Shown here in pieces: positions 25,854-34,629 of a stretch of DNA of 64,000 bases (its first letter is position 1; the number at the start of each line of letters is the position of its first letter). Under the pieces are notes generated by a model that was not told where the DNA came from, searched no databases, and saw only the letters and a list, made by a program, of their open reading frames with translations. Source of the DNA: Verrucomicrobiota bacterium (GTDB lineage Bacteria; Verrucomicrobiota; Verrucomicrobiia; Chthoniobacterales; UBA10450); assembly GCA_046727935.1 (NCBI GenBank), contig JBKPDP010000052.1:6174-70173 (forward strand). Reading direction: 5' to 3'. A program made the translations under genes and the position numbers.

Positions 25854-26405
25854 ATGCGAAAAATAACCCCCTATCTTATTCTCGGAATCTGTTGCGTAGC
25901 ATTTTATCCGCGTCCGGCGGCGGCGCTGGTTTTTTCGGCGCCTGATCCCAAATTTGTTTATAAGGATACCTCGGGCAAAAAGCAGTCGATTCAGATTGTG
26001 GACAAATATTATCCGAAGAAGATCGTGCAGCCATTTGGCAATGATCCAAAGATTGATCCGAAGCTGCGCCGAGCTGCGACCATTGCAGAGGAACGCGCGC
26101 GAGCGCACTCGCTTTCGAAATGCTGGCACTACGTGAAAGAAGCTCTTGTTGCTGCTGGCGTGGTGAAGTCTCGACCGCAGACGGCCCTTGCCAAACAAGC
26201 TGGGCAGGAGCTGGTGAATAATTACGGGTTCAAGAAACTCCCGGTGTCGGACCCTTACCAGGCTCCGGTTGGCGCGGTATTGGTCTATGGCGCTAAGCGC
26301 GCGGCCGGTCACGTTGAGATCCGGACTGAGAGTGGTTTCGCCAGCGACTTTCGCTCCAAAACGCCATCACGCCGGCCACTGCTAGGCATTTTCGCTAAGA
26401 GTTAG
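25854..26405 (+). CDS. Small secreted protein with a papain-like (NlpC/P60 / CHAP / Tae-type amidase-like) Cys...His arrangement. The function is a hypothesis.
   Basis: 183 aa with a signal peptide (LILGICCVAFYPRPAAA). A candidate nucleophile sits in SKCWHYVKEALVAAGV and a candidate His follows a beta-strand in GAVLVYGAKRAAGHVEIRT. Confidence 0.45.
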   Translation: MRKITPYLILGICCVAFYPRPAAALVFSAPDPKFVYKDTSGKKQSIQIVDKYYPKKIVQPFGNDPKIDPKLRRAATIAEERARAHSLSKCWHYVKEALVAAGVVKSRPQTALAKQAGQELVNNYGFKKLPVSDPYQAPVGAVLVYGAKRAAGHVEIRTESGFASDFRSKTPSRRPLLGIFAKS

Positions 26406-26487
26406 CTCGCTCATTCTAGCGAGCCTGAGCACCTGCAAAGGATCAATTCAGCTGGCAAATTGTCCAGCTGCGCAAGATTCTTTGTAG

Positions 26488-27219
26488 ATGAACCAGCCCG
26501 TTCGCATCGCCATGTGGTCAGGCCCGCGAAACATCTCGACCGCGATGATGCGGGCGTGGGGCAATCGGCCGGATACTTTCGTCATTGATGAGCCGTTTTA
26601 TGCCTACTACTTAAAAGCGACCGGGAAAAAACATCCCGGCGCAGATGAAGTGATCACCACCGGTGAGACCGATTGGCGAAGAGTTATCGCGCAACTGACC
26701 GGTCCGATTCCAAGCGGCAAGCGATTTTTTTTTCAGAAACAGATGGCGCATCATCTTTTGGCGGAGGTGGACCGCGAATGGCTCGGCGAAGTGACGAATT
26801 GCTTTCTTATTCGTGACCCGCGCGAGGTGATCGCTTCATACATCAAAAAGCGAGAGAACCCAATGCTTCCGGACCTGGGCTTTATGCAGCAAGCGGAGAC
26901 CTTTGATTTAGTGCGCGCTCACACGAATTCCGTTCCGCCGATTGTCGATGCAAAAGACGTGCTGGAAAATCCCGAACGGATGCTGCGCCTGCTTTGCGAG
27001 GCAGTCGGCGTCGAGTTTAGCGAATCGATGCTTTCGTGGCCGCCGGGATTGCGTGAAACCGACGGCATTTGGGCAAAGCATTGGTACGGCGAAGTGGCAA
27101 AAACGACATCGTTTCAACCATATCGTCCGAGGGAAGTGAAAGTGCCCCCGAATTTACAGGAAATTCACGATCGCTGCCGCGAGTGTTACGAAAGACTTTA
27201 CCAATACCGATTGCATTGA
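26488..27219 (+). CDS. Sulfotransferase-fold (P-loop-like) protein of unknown substrate
   Basis: 243 aa. The N-terminal WSGPRNISTAMMRAW resembles a 5'-PSB loop. A later LIRDPREVIASY resembles the 3'-PB/RDP motif of sulfotransferases. Confidence 0.55.
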   Translation: MNQPVRIAMWSGPRNISTAMMRAWGNRPDTFVIDEPFYAYYLKATGKKHPGADEVITTGETDWRRVIAQLTGPIPSGKRFFFQKQMAHHLLAEVDREWLGEVTNCFLIRDPREVIASYIKKRENPMLPDLGFMQQAETFDLVRAHTNSVPPIVDAKDVLENPERMLRLLCEAVGVEFSESMLSWPPGLRETDGIWAKHWYGEVAKTTSFQPYRPREVKVPPNLQEIHDRCRECYERLYQYRLH

Positions 27220-27332
27220 ACCACGGATCGCGCGGAATTTTCAAATCGTTGCTTGGTTGATTCGATGGCGTTTGACACAAACGCCGCTACAACGAAACAA
27301 TCCGCGTTATCAGTGCAATCCGGGTTTAAGCA

Positions 27333-28232
27333 ATGCTTCAAAAATTCGACAAACGAAATCGCAACCTGATCGTCAATATCAATGGTCAGCTGGTGCATCG
27401 CGATCAAGCCGGGATCAGTCCGTTTGATTCCGCGGTGCAGGGCGGGGATGCCGTGTGGGAAGGATTACGACTTTACAATGGCCGGATTTTTAAGCTTCAC
27501 GAACATCTGGACCGGCTGGAACGTTCGGCGCGTGCCTTAGCTTTTGCTGAAATTCCGCCCCGCGAAAAAATTATCGAGGAAGTCAAGCGCACACTCGCGG
27601 CAAACAAGATGAGTGACAGCGTGCATATCCGCCTCACGCTTACGCGCGGTGTAAAGATTACTTCTGGAATGGATCCACGTCTGAATCAGAGCGAGCCGAC
27701 GTTGATCATTCTCGCGGAGCACAAGGCGCCGGTTTACGCAAAAACGGGGTTGACCTTGATTACGAGCAAAGTCCGGCGCCCGTCGCGCGAGGTTCTCGAT
27801 GCGCGAATTCATCACGCGAATCTGCTGAATTCGATTCTGGCAAAGATCGAAGCAAACAACGCCGGGGCAGACGATGCCTTGATGCTCGATACGCGCGGTT
27901 TTGTTGCGGAAACAAACGCCACGCACGTTTTTATCGTGCGTAATGGCGATCTGGCGACCAGTCGCGTGGTGGCCTGCCCGGAGGGAATTACGCGGGCGAC
28001 AGTGATCGAGATTTGTGCTGCGGAAAAAATTCGCTGCGTCGAGACCGATCTTTCGGTCGTCGATGTTTACGGCGCCAACGAAATGTTTTGTACGGGCACC
28101 ATGGGCGAGCTGGCCGCCGTCACCAAGCTTGACAATCGCCAAATTGGCGATGGCAAAGTCGGGCGGATGACAAAACGCCTAAGCGATCTTTACGCCAAAC
28201 GAACTGCGACCGAAGGAGTGCAGGTTGTATAG
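27333..28232 (+). CDS. Class IV (fold type IV) PLP aminotransferase (branched-chain or D-amino-acid aminotransferase family)
   Basis: 299 aa. The sequence fits this family (FDSAVQGGDAVWEGLRLYNGRIFKLHEHLDRLERSA, ETNATHVF, EMFCTGT). Confidence 0.88.
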   Translation: MLQKFDKRNRNLIVNINGQLVHRDQAGISPFDSAVQGGDAVWEGLRLYNGRIFKLHEHLDRLERSARALAFAEIPPREKIIEEVKRTLAANKMSDSVHIRLTLTRGVKITSGMDPRLNQSEPTLIILAEHKAPVYAKTGLTLITSKVRRPSREVLDARIHHANLLNSILAKIEANNAGADDALMLDTRGFVAETNATHVFIVRNGDLATSRVVACPEGITRATVIEICAAEKIRCVETDLSVVDVYGANEMFCTGTMGELAAVTKLDNRQIGDGKVGRMTKRLSDLYAKRTATEGVQVV

Positions 28233-28259
28233 TTATAGCAAAACGCGTGCGTTGCCCGT

Positions 28260-28369
28260 GTCATCCTGAGTGAAGCGAAGGATCTCACCCCACTCGCTGC
28301 TGCATCACGCAAGCTAGATAGTGTGATCACCATTTCGAATGTGAGGTTCCTCGCTCCGCTCGGAATGAC
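28260..28369. repeat. Palindromic intergenic element, family A (longest copy)
   Basis: Left arm GTCATCCTGAGTGAAGCGAAGGATCTC and right arm GAGGTTCCTCGCTCCGCTCGGAATGAC. It lies between convergent gene ends. Confidence 0.6.
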
Positions 28370-28412
28370 AGCGTTGAACTAGGACCTATGGCGCCGGGTG
28401 TTAAACGTTAAA

Positions 28413-29033
28413 CTATTCGTCCCAGGTTTTTCTTTGAAACGAAACCCGTCCCGAGCCTTTCTCGAATGCTTCAAAGTGCTCCGGGTTCTGCTGATAATAT
28501 TTCTGGTGATACGCTTCAGCCGGATAAAATCTTGTCGCTGGCAGAATTTCGGTCACGATCGGTTTGTTGAACTTGCCGGAGTGCCCAAGCTTCTCTTTTG
28601 AAGCCTCCGCGATTTTTTTCTCGTTGTCGTCGCCGTAAAAAATGGCAGCGCGATAACTCGGTCCGATGTCGGTGAACTGTCCGTCTGCCTGGGTTGGATC
28701 GATTTGTCGCCAGTAAATGTCTAGCAACTGGTCGTAGGAGATTTTCGCCGGGTCATAAGTGATTTGGATCGATTCGCGGTAGCCAGTTTTTTCGGACGAA
28801 ACAAGGTCGTAAGTCGGGTTCGGTTCCGTCCCTCCACAATAACCGACGACGGTCTTGATTACGCCTTTTGCCTTGTCGAATGCCGGCTGAATGCACCAAA
28901 AGCAGCCGCCAGCAAAAACCGCGGTTCTAGTTTCTGCAGGAGACGAATTTTGGCCCTGAGTACTTGTCATAGTGCCTGCAGCAATTGCCGCGTAGCCGAG
29001 CACAAAGAGAGTGGTTCGCTTCATACTGACCAT
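28413..29033 (-). CDS. msrA: Peptide-methionine (S)-S-oxide reductase with a signal peptide
   Basis: 206 aa with the GCFWC active-site motif and an N-terminal hydrophobic signal (LFVLGYAAIAAGTMTS). Confidence 0.92.
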   Translation of the reverse strand: MVSMKRTTLFVLGYAAIAAGTMTSTQGQNSSPAETRTAVFAGGCFWCIQPAFDKAKGVIKTVVGYCGGTEPNPTYDLVSSEKTGYRESIQITYDPAKISYDQLLDIYWRQIDPTQADGQFTDIGPSYRAAIFYGDDNEKKIAEASKEKLGHSGKFNKPIVTEILPATRFYPAEAYHQKYYQQNPEHFEAFEKGSGRVSFQRKTWDE

Positions 29034-29148
29034 GTTAGACAGCTTCTTAGCCGGAGCGTTGTGAATAACTCAGCCTCTTTTTTTGCTTGCCATTCCCGGC
29101 CCGACCGTCATAAACGAGTTCAGCCTTAACCGAGACGGACGAGACCAA

Positions 29149-29526
29149 ATGATTAAAACAGCCGCGCTTCTCTTCGGTATTGTCTTCCTGATCATTGGAA
29201 TTCTTGGATTCGTCCCTGCGGCAACGCCCTCGAATGGGATGCTCTTTGGCATCTTTCACGTAAACAGCGCGCAGAACATTGTATATCTTGCCTCCGGGAT
29301 CGTGTCTCTCCTCTGCGGGGTGGCTGGCGCCGGTCCTTCGCAAACATTTTTCAAGATTTTCGGGATCATTTATGCGCTCGTCGCAATTCTTGGATTTTAT
29401 TACGGCGACAATGCGCGCCTAGGAATCATTTCACCCAACGCCGCCGATACCTGGCTGCATGTGGTGCTGGCAGTCGTGATGTTGTTCCTCGGCTTCAGCG
29501 CTTCCGATAGCAAAGCGGCGGTTTAA
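29149..29526 (+). CDS. DUF4383-type small membrane protein
   Basis: Starts MIKTAALLFGIVFLIIGILGFVP and has 4 predicted TM helices. The start was moved to the ATG at 29149. Confidence 0.7.
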   Translation: MIKTAALLFGIVFLIIGILGFVPAATPSNGMLFGIFHVNSAQNIVYLASGIVSLLCGVAGAGPSQTFFKIFGIIYALVAILGFYYGDNARLGIISPNAADTWLHVVLAVVMLFLGFSASDSKAAV

Positions 29527-29538
29527 TTTCTCCTCAGC

Positions 29539-30162
29539 GTGCCTGTGGGTGAGGGTAGCTTAGCTCACCGCAGGCACGTCCCCTCTCGGGTTCTCGAGCT
29601 TGATTCGCTATTGGATCGTCTCGATCTGGAGAAGATTTTCGGCCGCGAAGTGCCTTTGCACGTCGATCTTGGATGCGGAGACGGTTCATTTCTTTGCGCG
29701 CTGGCGAAGCGCATGCCGGACAAAAATTTTCTTGGGATCGAACGCTTGCTCAATCGGGTCCGCAGTTCTGCGCGTAAAGCTGCCGCATTAGACAACGTCC
29801 GCCTGTTGCGAGTAGAGAGTTCGTACGCGGTGCGTTATCTGTTGCCGGGTGAATCGGTGGAAAGATTCTATCTGTTGTTTCCGGATCCCTGGCCAAAGCG
29901 CCGTCATCATCGACGCCGAATTGTGACGCCAGATTTCCTGAGCTCGATTCACACCGCGGTTCAGAAAGATGGGAGCATGTACATTGCTACAGATGACGTT
30001 GACTACCTTGGAAAAATCAAAGAGATCGTGGAATCGGATTCCGGTTTTGCAATCAGTGATGCTGATGTCGATCTGCCACCGAGCAGGTTTGGGCTCGTTT
30101 TCCGGCAGAAAGGCGCACCAATTCACTCGCTGCTGCTGCGAAAGGTTTCGCCGGTAAAATAG
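29539..30162 (+). CDS. trmB: tRNA (guanine-N7)-methyltransferase
   Basis: 207 aa with the SAM motif VDLGCGDGSF and the TrmB motif FPDPWPKRRHHRRR. Confidence 0.88.
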   Translation: MPVGEGSLAHRRHVPSRVLELDSLLDRLDLEKIFGREVPLHVDLGCGDGSFLCALAKRMPDKNFLGIERLLNRVRSSARKAAALDNVRLLRVESSYAVRYLLPGESVERFYLLFPDPWPKRRHHRRRIVTPDFLSSIHTAVQKDGSMYIATDDVDYLGKIKEIVESDSGFAISDADVDLPPSRFGLVFRQKGAPIHSLLLRKVSPVK

Positions 30163-32423
30163 CTTTGCGCTTCCCAACTGTCTTGACGAAAGCGGAGTGT
30201 CACTGCGCCCGTCTCGTCCTGTCGAAAGAGTTTGATGCCGCGTTTTCGCAAATTCTCTGCCCAGGCATCGCTGATTCGCTCATAGCCGGGGAACTCGCGC
30301 GAAGTGGCAATGATTAAACGCGGCCGCGTGGCGTCGAGGAATGCATCAGAGCCGGATGCCCCAGAATGATGCTGACCTTTAATGATGATATCGCTCTGGA
30401 CATTCAAATGCCGATCCAACAATGCCTGTTCAGTTTTAACGCCAGCATCTGACATGAACAAGATTGAGGTCGCTGGCGCGACCATCAAGTGGATGACGTA
30501 TGCCTGATCGTCAGCAATCGGCGAGCTAAAGTTCTGTGGAGGGAACAGGACGTTTGCAGTGACATTGCGCCACAGACGGAAAATGTCTCCCGCAACCAGG
30601 TTGTCCGATTTGATTCCGCGTTCTCGAAATAGACGTTGCAATCGTCTGTGAACAACCGAGTGATCGGGCGCCGTATTATCCACGACGCGGATTCGCGGGA
30701 AATCGTCGAGCAATTGCGCCGTGCCACCAAGATGAAGCGCGTCGCCATGACTAAGCAGCAAGCCAGAAAGGCGGTTTATCCCGGCCCAATGTAAATATTC
30801 GCGGACCACCCGCTGGTAAGTCCGCTCATTCGCACAGTCGAACAACCAGTTTGCACCTCCCGTTTGCAAGTGAACAGTCGCTCCAGCGTCGACATCCAGG
30901 ACCGTAATCTTTGCAACGAGCTTCTGGGGCCAATGCGGATGTTCGACGTAAACATGGCCGCCCGGAACGTGCGCGAGGATTTGCACGATTCCCAAAACAA
31001 GCTGAGCCAAAAGCCAGTTGGCATTATTGAAGATCACGGCGAGACCTGTCAGAAGTGGTGTCGAGAGAAGAGAGAGAAGCGCGATCGCGAGAATGAAAAA
31101 AGCGATCGGCACCACGATCAAATTCGCCAGCAAAGAAATCGGTGTGACGATGTAAAAGTACCAAAGCACCAGCGGTACTGAACCGACCCAGGCTGCGAGA
31201 GAAACGCCGGTTCCGCGGCAGAGCCATTCGAAGCCAGCGTGCACCCAACGCCGTGGGCCGCGCAACAGGCTTCGCGGCAAAAAAGGATCGGGAGCAGTCC
31301 AGCACTGCAAAAATCCCGCAAACGGATCGGCAAATAAGATGATGGCGCCCACGACCGCGAAGGACAGTTGAAAACCTGTTGAAAAGAGCTCGTTCGTGTC
31401 CCAGCAGAGGAGAAAGAACGCCGCTGCGGCGAGGCTGTTGAGCACGAAAACTTTGCGTTCGAAAAAGAAACCACCAACAAGAATCGAAGCCATTACGGCG
31501 GCGCGCACGCTGGGAACATGCAATCCGGTGATTGCTGCATAAAAAAAGAGCGACGGAATAATGAATGCTGCCGCCCATTTGCGCGAGAGCCCGGCGACTG
31601 TTGCCAGCATCCACAATAGCGCTGCGACGATTCCGACGTGCAGACCCGCTACGGCGAAAAGGTGAACAGTGCCAGTCTGCTGAAATGGTTCCTCGATGTC
31701 CTCTGGAGCTTCGTGCCTGATGCCTAGCACAATTCCACTGAGAAAACTTTGCACCTCCGGCGCGTTCTCCAATCCTCTGCAAATTGCGTTCTGCATCCAC
31801 CCACGCGACTTCTGGGCCAGGCGTAGAATCGGGTTGCCACCGCCGTGCCGAATCAGTGCGCCGTCCTCTGGATACCGAACAAAGAGCATTCGACGGGCGT
31901 CGTGACGCGCCAGATACGAGCGCATATCGAATTCGCCGGGATTTCGCGGCGGCGCGATGACTTCCGCCATTCCAAAGAGCCTCAGTTCATCACCAAATTC
32001 CGGAGCGCCTTTCCAACGGACTTGCCAGACCGCGCGCGTGGACTGTTTCTGGCCTTCGAATTCAATTGATTTGAGCTTCAGCAGAAATGTGGCAAACCCG
32101 CTGGGCGCAATTTTTGGCTCAGTGATGACGCACCCGATTGCCGTGACGACTCGTGGCCGGCTGCCAAGTTCATCAGCAAGTTGCTGGCCTTCCGTTTTGC
32201 TCGTCTCAAGGTCGTGCAGGAGGAAAAAGCCAATCCCAACGATGACGTAAGTTGCAAGCAGGGTGGGTTGCCACGCGACGATGATAATGCAGATCGCGAG
32301 GATGATTGCCGCCACAATCAAGGCGGCCTCGGGTAGGGGAAAGACATCTGCGATGATAATTCCTGTTGCAGCCATGAGGGCCAAACCAACAAACGGCTGA
32401 CGCGGCGCGTTCAACAATTTCAT
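30123..32423 (-). CDS. comEC: ComEC/Rec2 DNA-internalisation channel protein with a C-terminal metallo-beta-lactamase domain
   Basis: 766 aa with a polytopic competence domain and an MBL motif (LLLSHGDALHLGG). Its 3' end overlaps the convergent trmB gene by 40 nt. Confidence 0.88.
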   Translation of the reverse strand: MKLLNAPRQPFVGLALMAATGIIIADVFPLPEAALIVAAIILAICIIIVAWQPTLLATYVIVGIGFFLLHDLETSKTEGQQLADELGSRPRVVTAIGCVITEPKIAPSGFATFLLKLKSIEFEGQKQSTRAVWQVRWKGAPEFGDELRLFGMAEVIAPPRNPGEFDMRSYLARHDARRMLFVRYPEDGALIRHGGGNPILRLAQKSRGWMQNAICRGLENAPEVQSFLSGIVLGIRHEAPEDIEEPFQQTGTVHLFAVAGLHVGIVAALLWMLATVAGLSRKWAAAFIIPSLFFYAAITGLHVPSVRAAVMASILVGGFFFERKVFVLNSLAAAAFFLLCWDTNELFSTGFQLSFAVVGAIILFADPFAGFLQCWTAPDPFLPRSLLRGPRRWVHAGFEWLCRGTGVSLAAWVGSVPLVLWYFYIVTPISLLANLIVVPIAFFILAIALLSLLSTPLLTGLAVIFNNANWLLAQLVLGIVQILAHVPGGHVYVEHPHWPQKLVAKITVLDVDAGATVHLQTGGANWLFDCANERTYQRVVREYLHWAGINRLSGLLLSHGDALHLGGTAQLLDDFPRIRVVDNTAPDHSVVHRRLQRLFRERGIKSDNLVAGDIFRLWRNVTANVLFPPQNFSSPIADDQAYVIHLMVAPATSILFMSDAGVKTEQALLDRHLNVQSDIIIKGQHHSGASGSDAFLDATRPRLIIATSREFPGYERISDAWAENLRKRGIKLFRQDETGAVTLRFRQDSWEAQSYFTGETFRSSSE

Positions 32424-32513
32424 CCATCGGCTTTTCGCTTATCCGGGCTTGGCAAGGCAAGCCGCAATCTCGTGTGAACGGCGGTCACCCGAGATGTTAA
32501 AATGAGGGAAAAC

Positions 32514-32588
32514 GCCCAACACCCAACGTCCAACACCGAACGCTCAACTATCTGAATTGGACGTTGAGCGTTGAGAGTTGGACGTTGA
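32514..32588. repeat. Palindromic intergenic element (CAACGTCCAAC / GTTGGACGTTG type)
   Basis: CCAACGTCCAACACCGAACGCTCAAC faces GTTGAGCGTTGAGAGTTGGACGTTG. It lies between the comEC start and the uspA stop. Confidence 0.55.
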
Positions 32589-32594
32589 AATCTG

Positions 32595-33092
32595 CTATGA
32601 AGATTTCGGAGCCGGCACAAGCAACACGGGACGCGTGATATGTTTCAATACACCTTTAGTAGCGCTTCCTACCAGCAAGTTATACATCGCGCCGTGGCCA
32701 TGTGTACCCATAACAATCAGATCGGCATCAAGGTCATCGGCTTGATTCAAAATTTGTTCCGCCACCGCTCCGGTCGGCTCATGTAAACTCACCTTGATAC
32801 CGCCTTGAGCGATCTCTTCTTGCCATTTGGCAAGCTTCGATTTCTGGCCTTCATCCTCTGCGATTGCATCCGGCATCGGTTCAAAGCCTGGAACTGGCAC
32901 GCCTGACATCGGCGCAAGCTCAGGCATCCCCGCAAGGCCGTAGCCGAGCGGTCCCGGTGCGGTAGCCGCAGTGAGTTCTTTTACGTGCACAAGATGAATC
33001 TCCGCATCGAGAGCTTTGGCCAGCTGTCGGGCCAGATCGATCACCGGCGGTGTTACGTCGGAAAAATCAATCGGGACAAGAATACGTTTCAT
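32595..33092 (-). CDS. Universal stress protein (UspA family)
   Basis: 165 aa. The sequence starts MKRILVPIDFSD and carries the C-terminal ATP-binding motif GTHGHG...GSAT. Confidence 0.85.
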   Translation of the reverse strand: MKRILVPIDFSDVTPPVIDLARQLAKALDAEIHLVHVKELTAATAPGPLGYGLAGMPELAPMSGVPVPGFEPMPDAIAEDEGQKSKLAKWQEEIAQGGIKVSLHEPTGAVAEQILNQADDLDADLIVMGTHGHGAMYNLLVGSATKGVLKHITRPVLLVPAPKSS

Positions 33093-33179
33093 GTTTGTCG
33101 CTTCCAGCCTAGCTGTCGCGCAGCTTAATCACAAGATTGGTGACGCCTACATTACTGCCCCAATCGCTGCTTCCGGGAA

Positions 33180-34391
33180 ATGAGATGCAGAGATAGCGTG
33201 AGCGCCGTATTTTTGATCGTGCAGGATCTTTTCGAGGACAAGGAAGACGTAGAAGTCGAGCGCACCGATAATGCACCGCTTGCCACACGCATGCGACCGC
33301 GGTCGCTCGATGAACTCGTCGGCCAGGAACACATTCTTGCGCCGGGCAAACTTTTGCGCCGGGCGATTGAAGCCGATCGGTTGCCTTCGGTGATTTTCTC
33401 CGGGCCCCCCGGCGGCGGCAAGACCACACTGGCCCGAATCATTGCGGAGGCGACACACGCAAAATTCATCCGGATCAGCGGCGTAGAAAGCAATGTCGCA
33501 GAGATGCGCCGGGTAATTGCTGCCGCCACGAATCGACTCCGCACGTCGGGGCGAACAACGATCCTGTTCATCGACGAGATTCATCATTTCAACAAGGCGC
33601 AACAAGACATTCTCTTACCCGATGTTGAGGCAGGGACTCTTCATCTAATCGGCGCCACTACTTACAATCCGTTCTTTTATGTAAACAGCGCGCTCGTGTC
33701 GCGGTCGCAGATTTTTCGACTGGAACCGCTCAGCGTCGAACAACTCGAGATGTTGATTGATCGCGCATTGGCCGATAAAGAGCGCGGACTTGGAAATCAC
33801 AATGTGAAGATGGACAAGAACGCGCGCCGGCATCTCGCGAAGCTTAGCGACGGCGACGCGCGCAAATGTTTAAACGCGCTCGAGATCGGGGTCCTCACTA
33901 CACCACCAAAGGGAAATAACGGGGCAATTCATTTCACGCTTCAGGTAGCCGAAGAAAGCATTCAGCAAAAAGCGGTCGTTTACGATCGCGCAGGCGACGC
34001 GCACTACGATACGATAAGCGCTTTCATCAAAAGCATGCGCGCATCCGACGAAAAAGGCGCGATGTACTGGCTCGCGAAAATGCTGCATGCCGGTGAAGAT
34101 TTCCGTTTCATCGCCCGCCGTATCGTCATCTTTGCGAGCGAAGACATCGGCCTCGCGGACCCGGAGGCGCTGCAGCTCGCGATCGCGACGCAACAAGCGG
34201 TGGAATTTGTCGGCATGCCCGAAGCACGAATTCCTCTCGCTCATGCCACCGCTTACATGTGCCGCGCGGCGAAAAGCCGGGAAGCGTACGATGAGCTAAA
34301 CGCCGCGACCGAGAAAATCGAAATGGAGCAAACCAAGCGCGTCCCAGAGCGTCTCAAGAACAAACATTTTCCAGTGAATCCCGGGAGCTAA
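33180..34391 (+). CDS. rarA: Replication-associated recombination protein A (MgsA/RarA AAA+ ATPase)
   Basis: 403 aa with PLATRMRPRSLDELVGQEH, a Walker A motif (GPPGGGKTT), a Walker B motif (LFIDEIHHFNK) and a MgsA C-terminal domain. The true start may be slightly downstream. Confidence 0.9.
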   Translation: MRCRDSVSAVFLIVQDLFEDKEDVEVERTDNAPLATRMRPRSLDELVGQEHILAPGKLLRRAIEADRLPSVIFSGPPGGGKTTLARIIAEATHAKFIRISGVESNVAEMRRVIAAATNRLRTSGRTTILFIDEIHHFNKAQQDILLPDVEAGTLHLIGATTYNPFFYVNSALVSRSQIFRLEPLSVEQLEMLIDRALADKERGLGNHNVKMDKNARRHLAKLSDGDARKCLNALEIGVLTTPPKGNNGAIHFTLQVAEESIQQKAVVYDRAGDAHYDTISAFIKSMRASDEKGAMYWLAKMLHAGEDFRFIARRIVIFASEDIGLADPEALQLAIATQQAVEFVGMPEARIPLAHATAYMCRAAKSREAYDELNAATEKIEMEQTKRVPERLKNKHFPVNPGS

Positions 34392-34415
34392 CCACGAATG
34401 CACACGAATGGGCAC
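34390..34415. repeat. Family C repeat (AACCACGAATGNACAC...)
   Basis: AACCACGAATGCACACGAATGGGCAC starts within the rarA stop codon. Related copies lie at 50962 and, inverted, at 63789. Confidence 0.5.
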
Positions 34416-34460
34416 TGATCTCAGAGGTCAGAATCTCGCGCGCGAAGCGCGCTTTGGAGT

Positions 34461-34483
34461 GCGGCGACTTGGCGCCGCTTTTT
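34461..34483 (+). terminator. Candidate intrinsic terminator downstream of rarA
   Basis: GCGGCG-ACTTGG-CGCCGC forms a 6-bp GC stem and is followed by TTTTT. A related GC-palindrome with a T-run occurs at 45604-45631. Confidence 0.5.
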
Positions 34484-34629
34484 ATCCGCATCACGCGTGG
34501 TTCTGCCCGTTTTAATCTTGACGAGCTGCCGAGATTTTTTCAAAAATCGCCGTCGTTCAACGGATCTGAATCAGGCGGAGACCTTTTGCCCCGCCAGGTT
34601 CTTCGCCTCTTCCGGACCCGCAACCTCGA

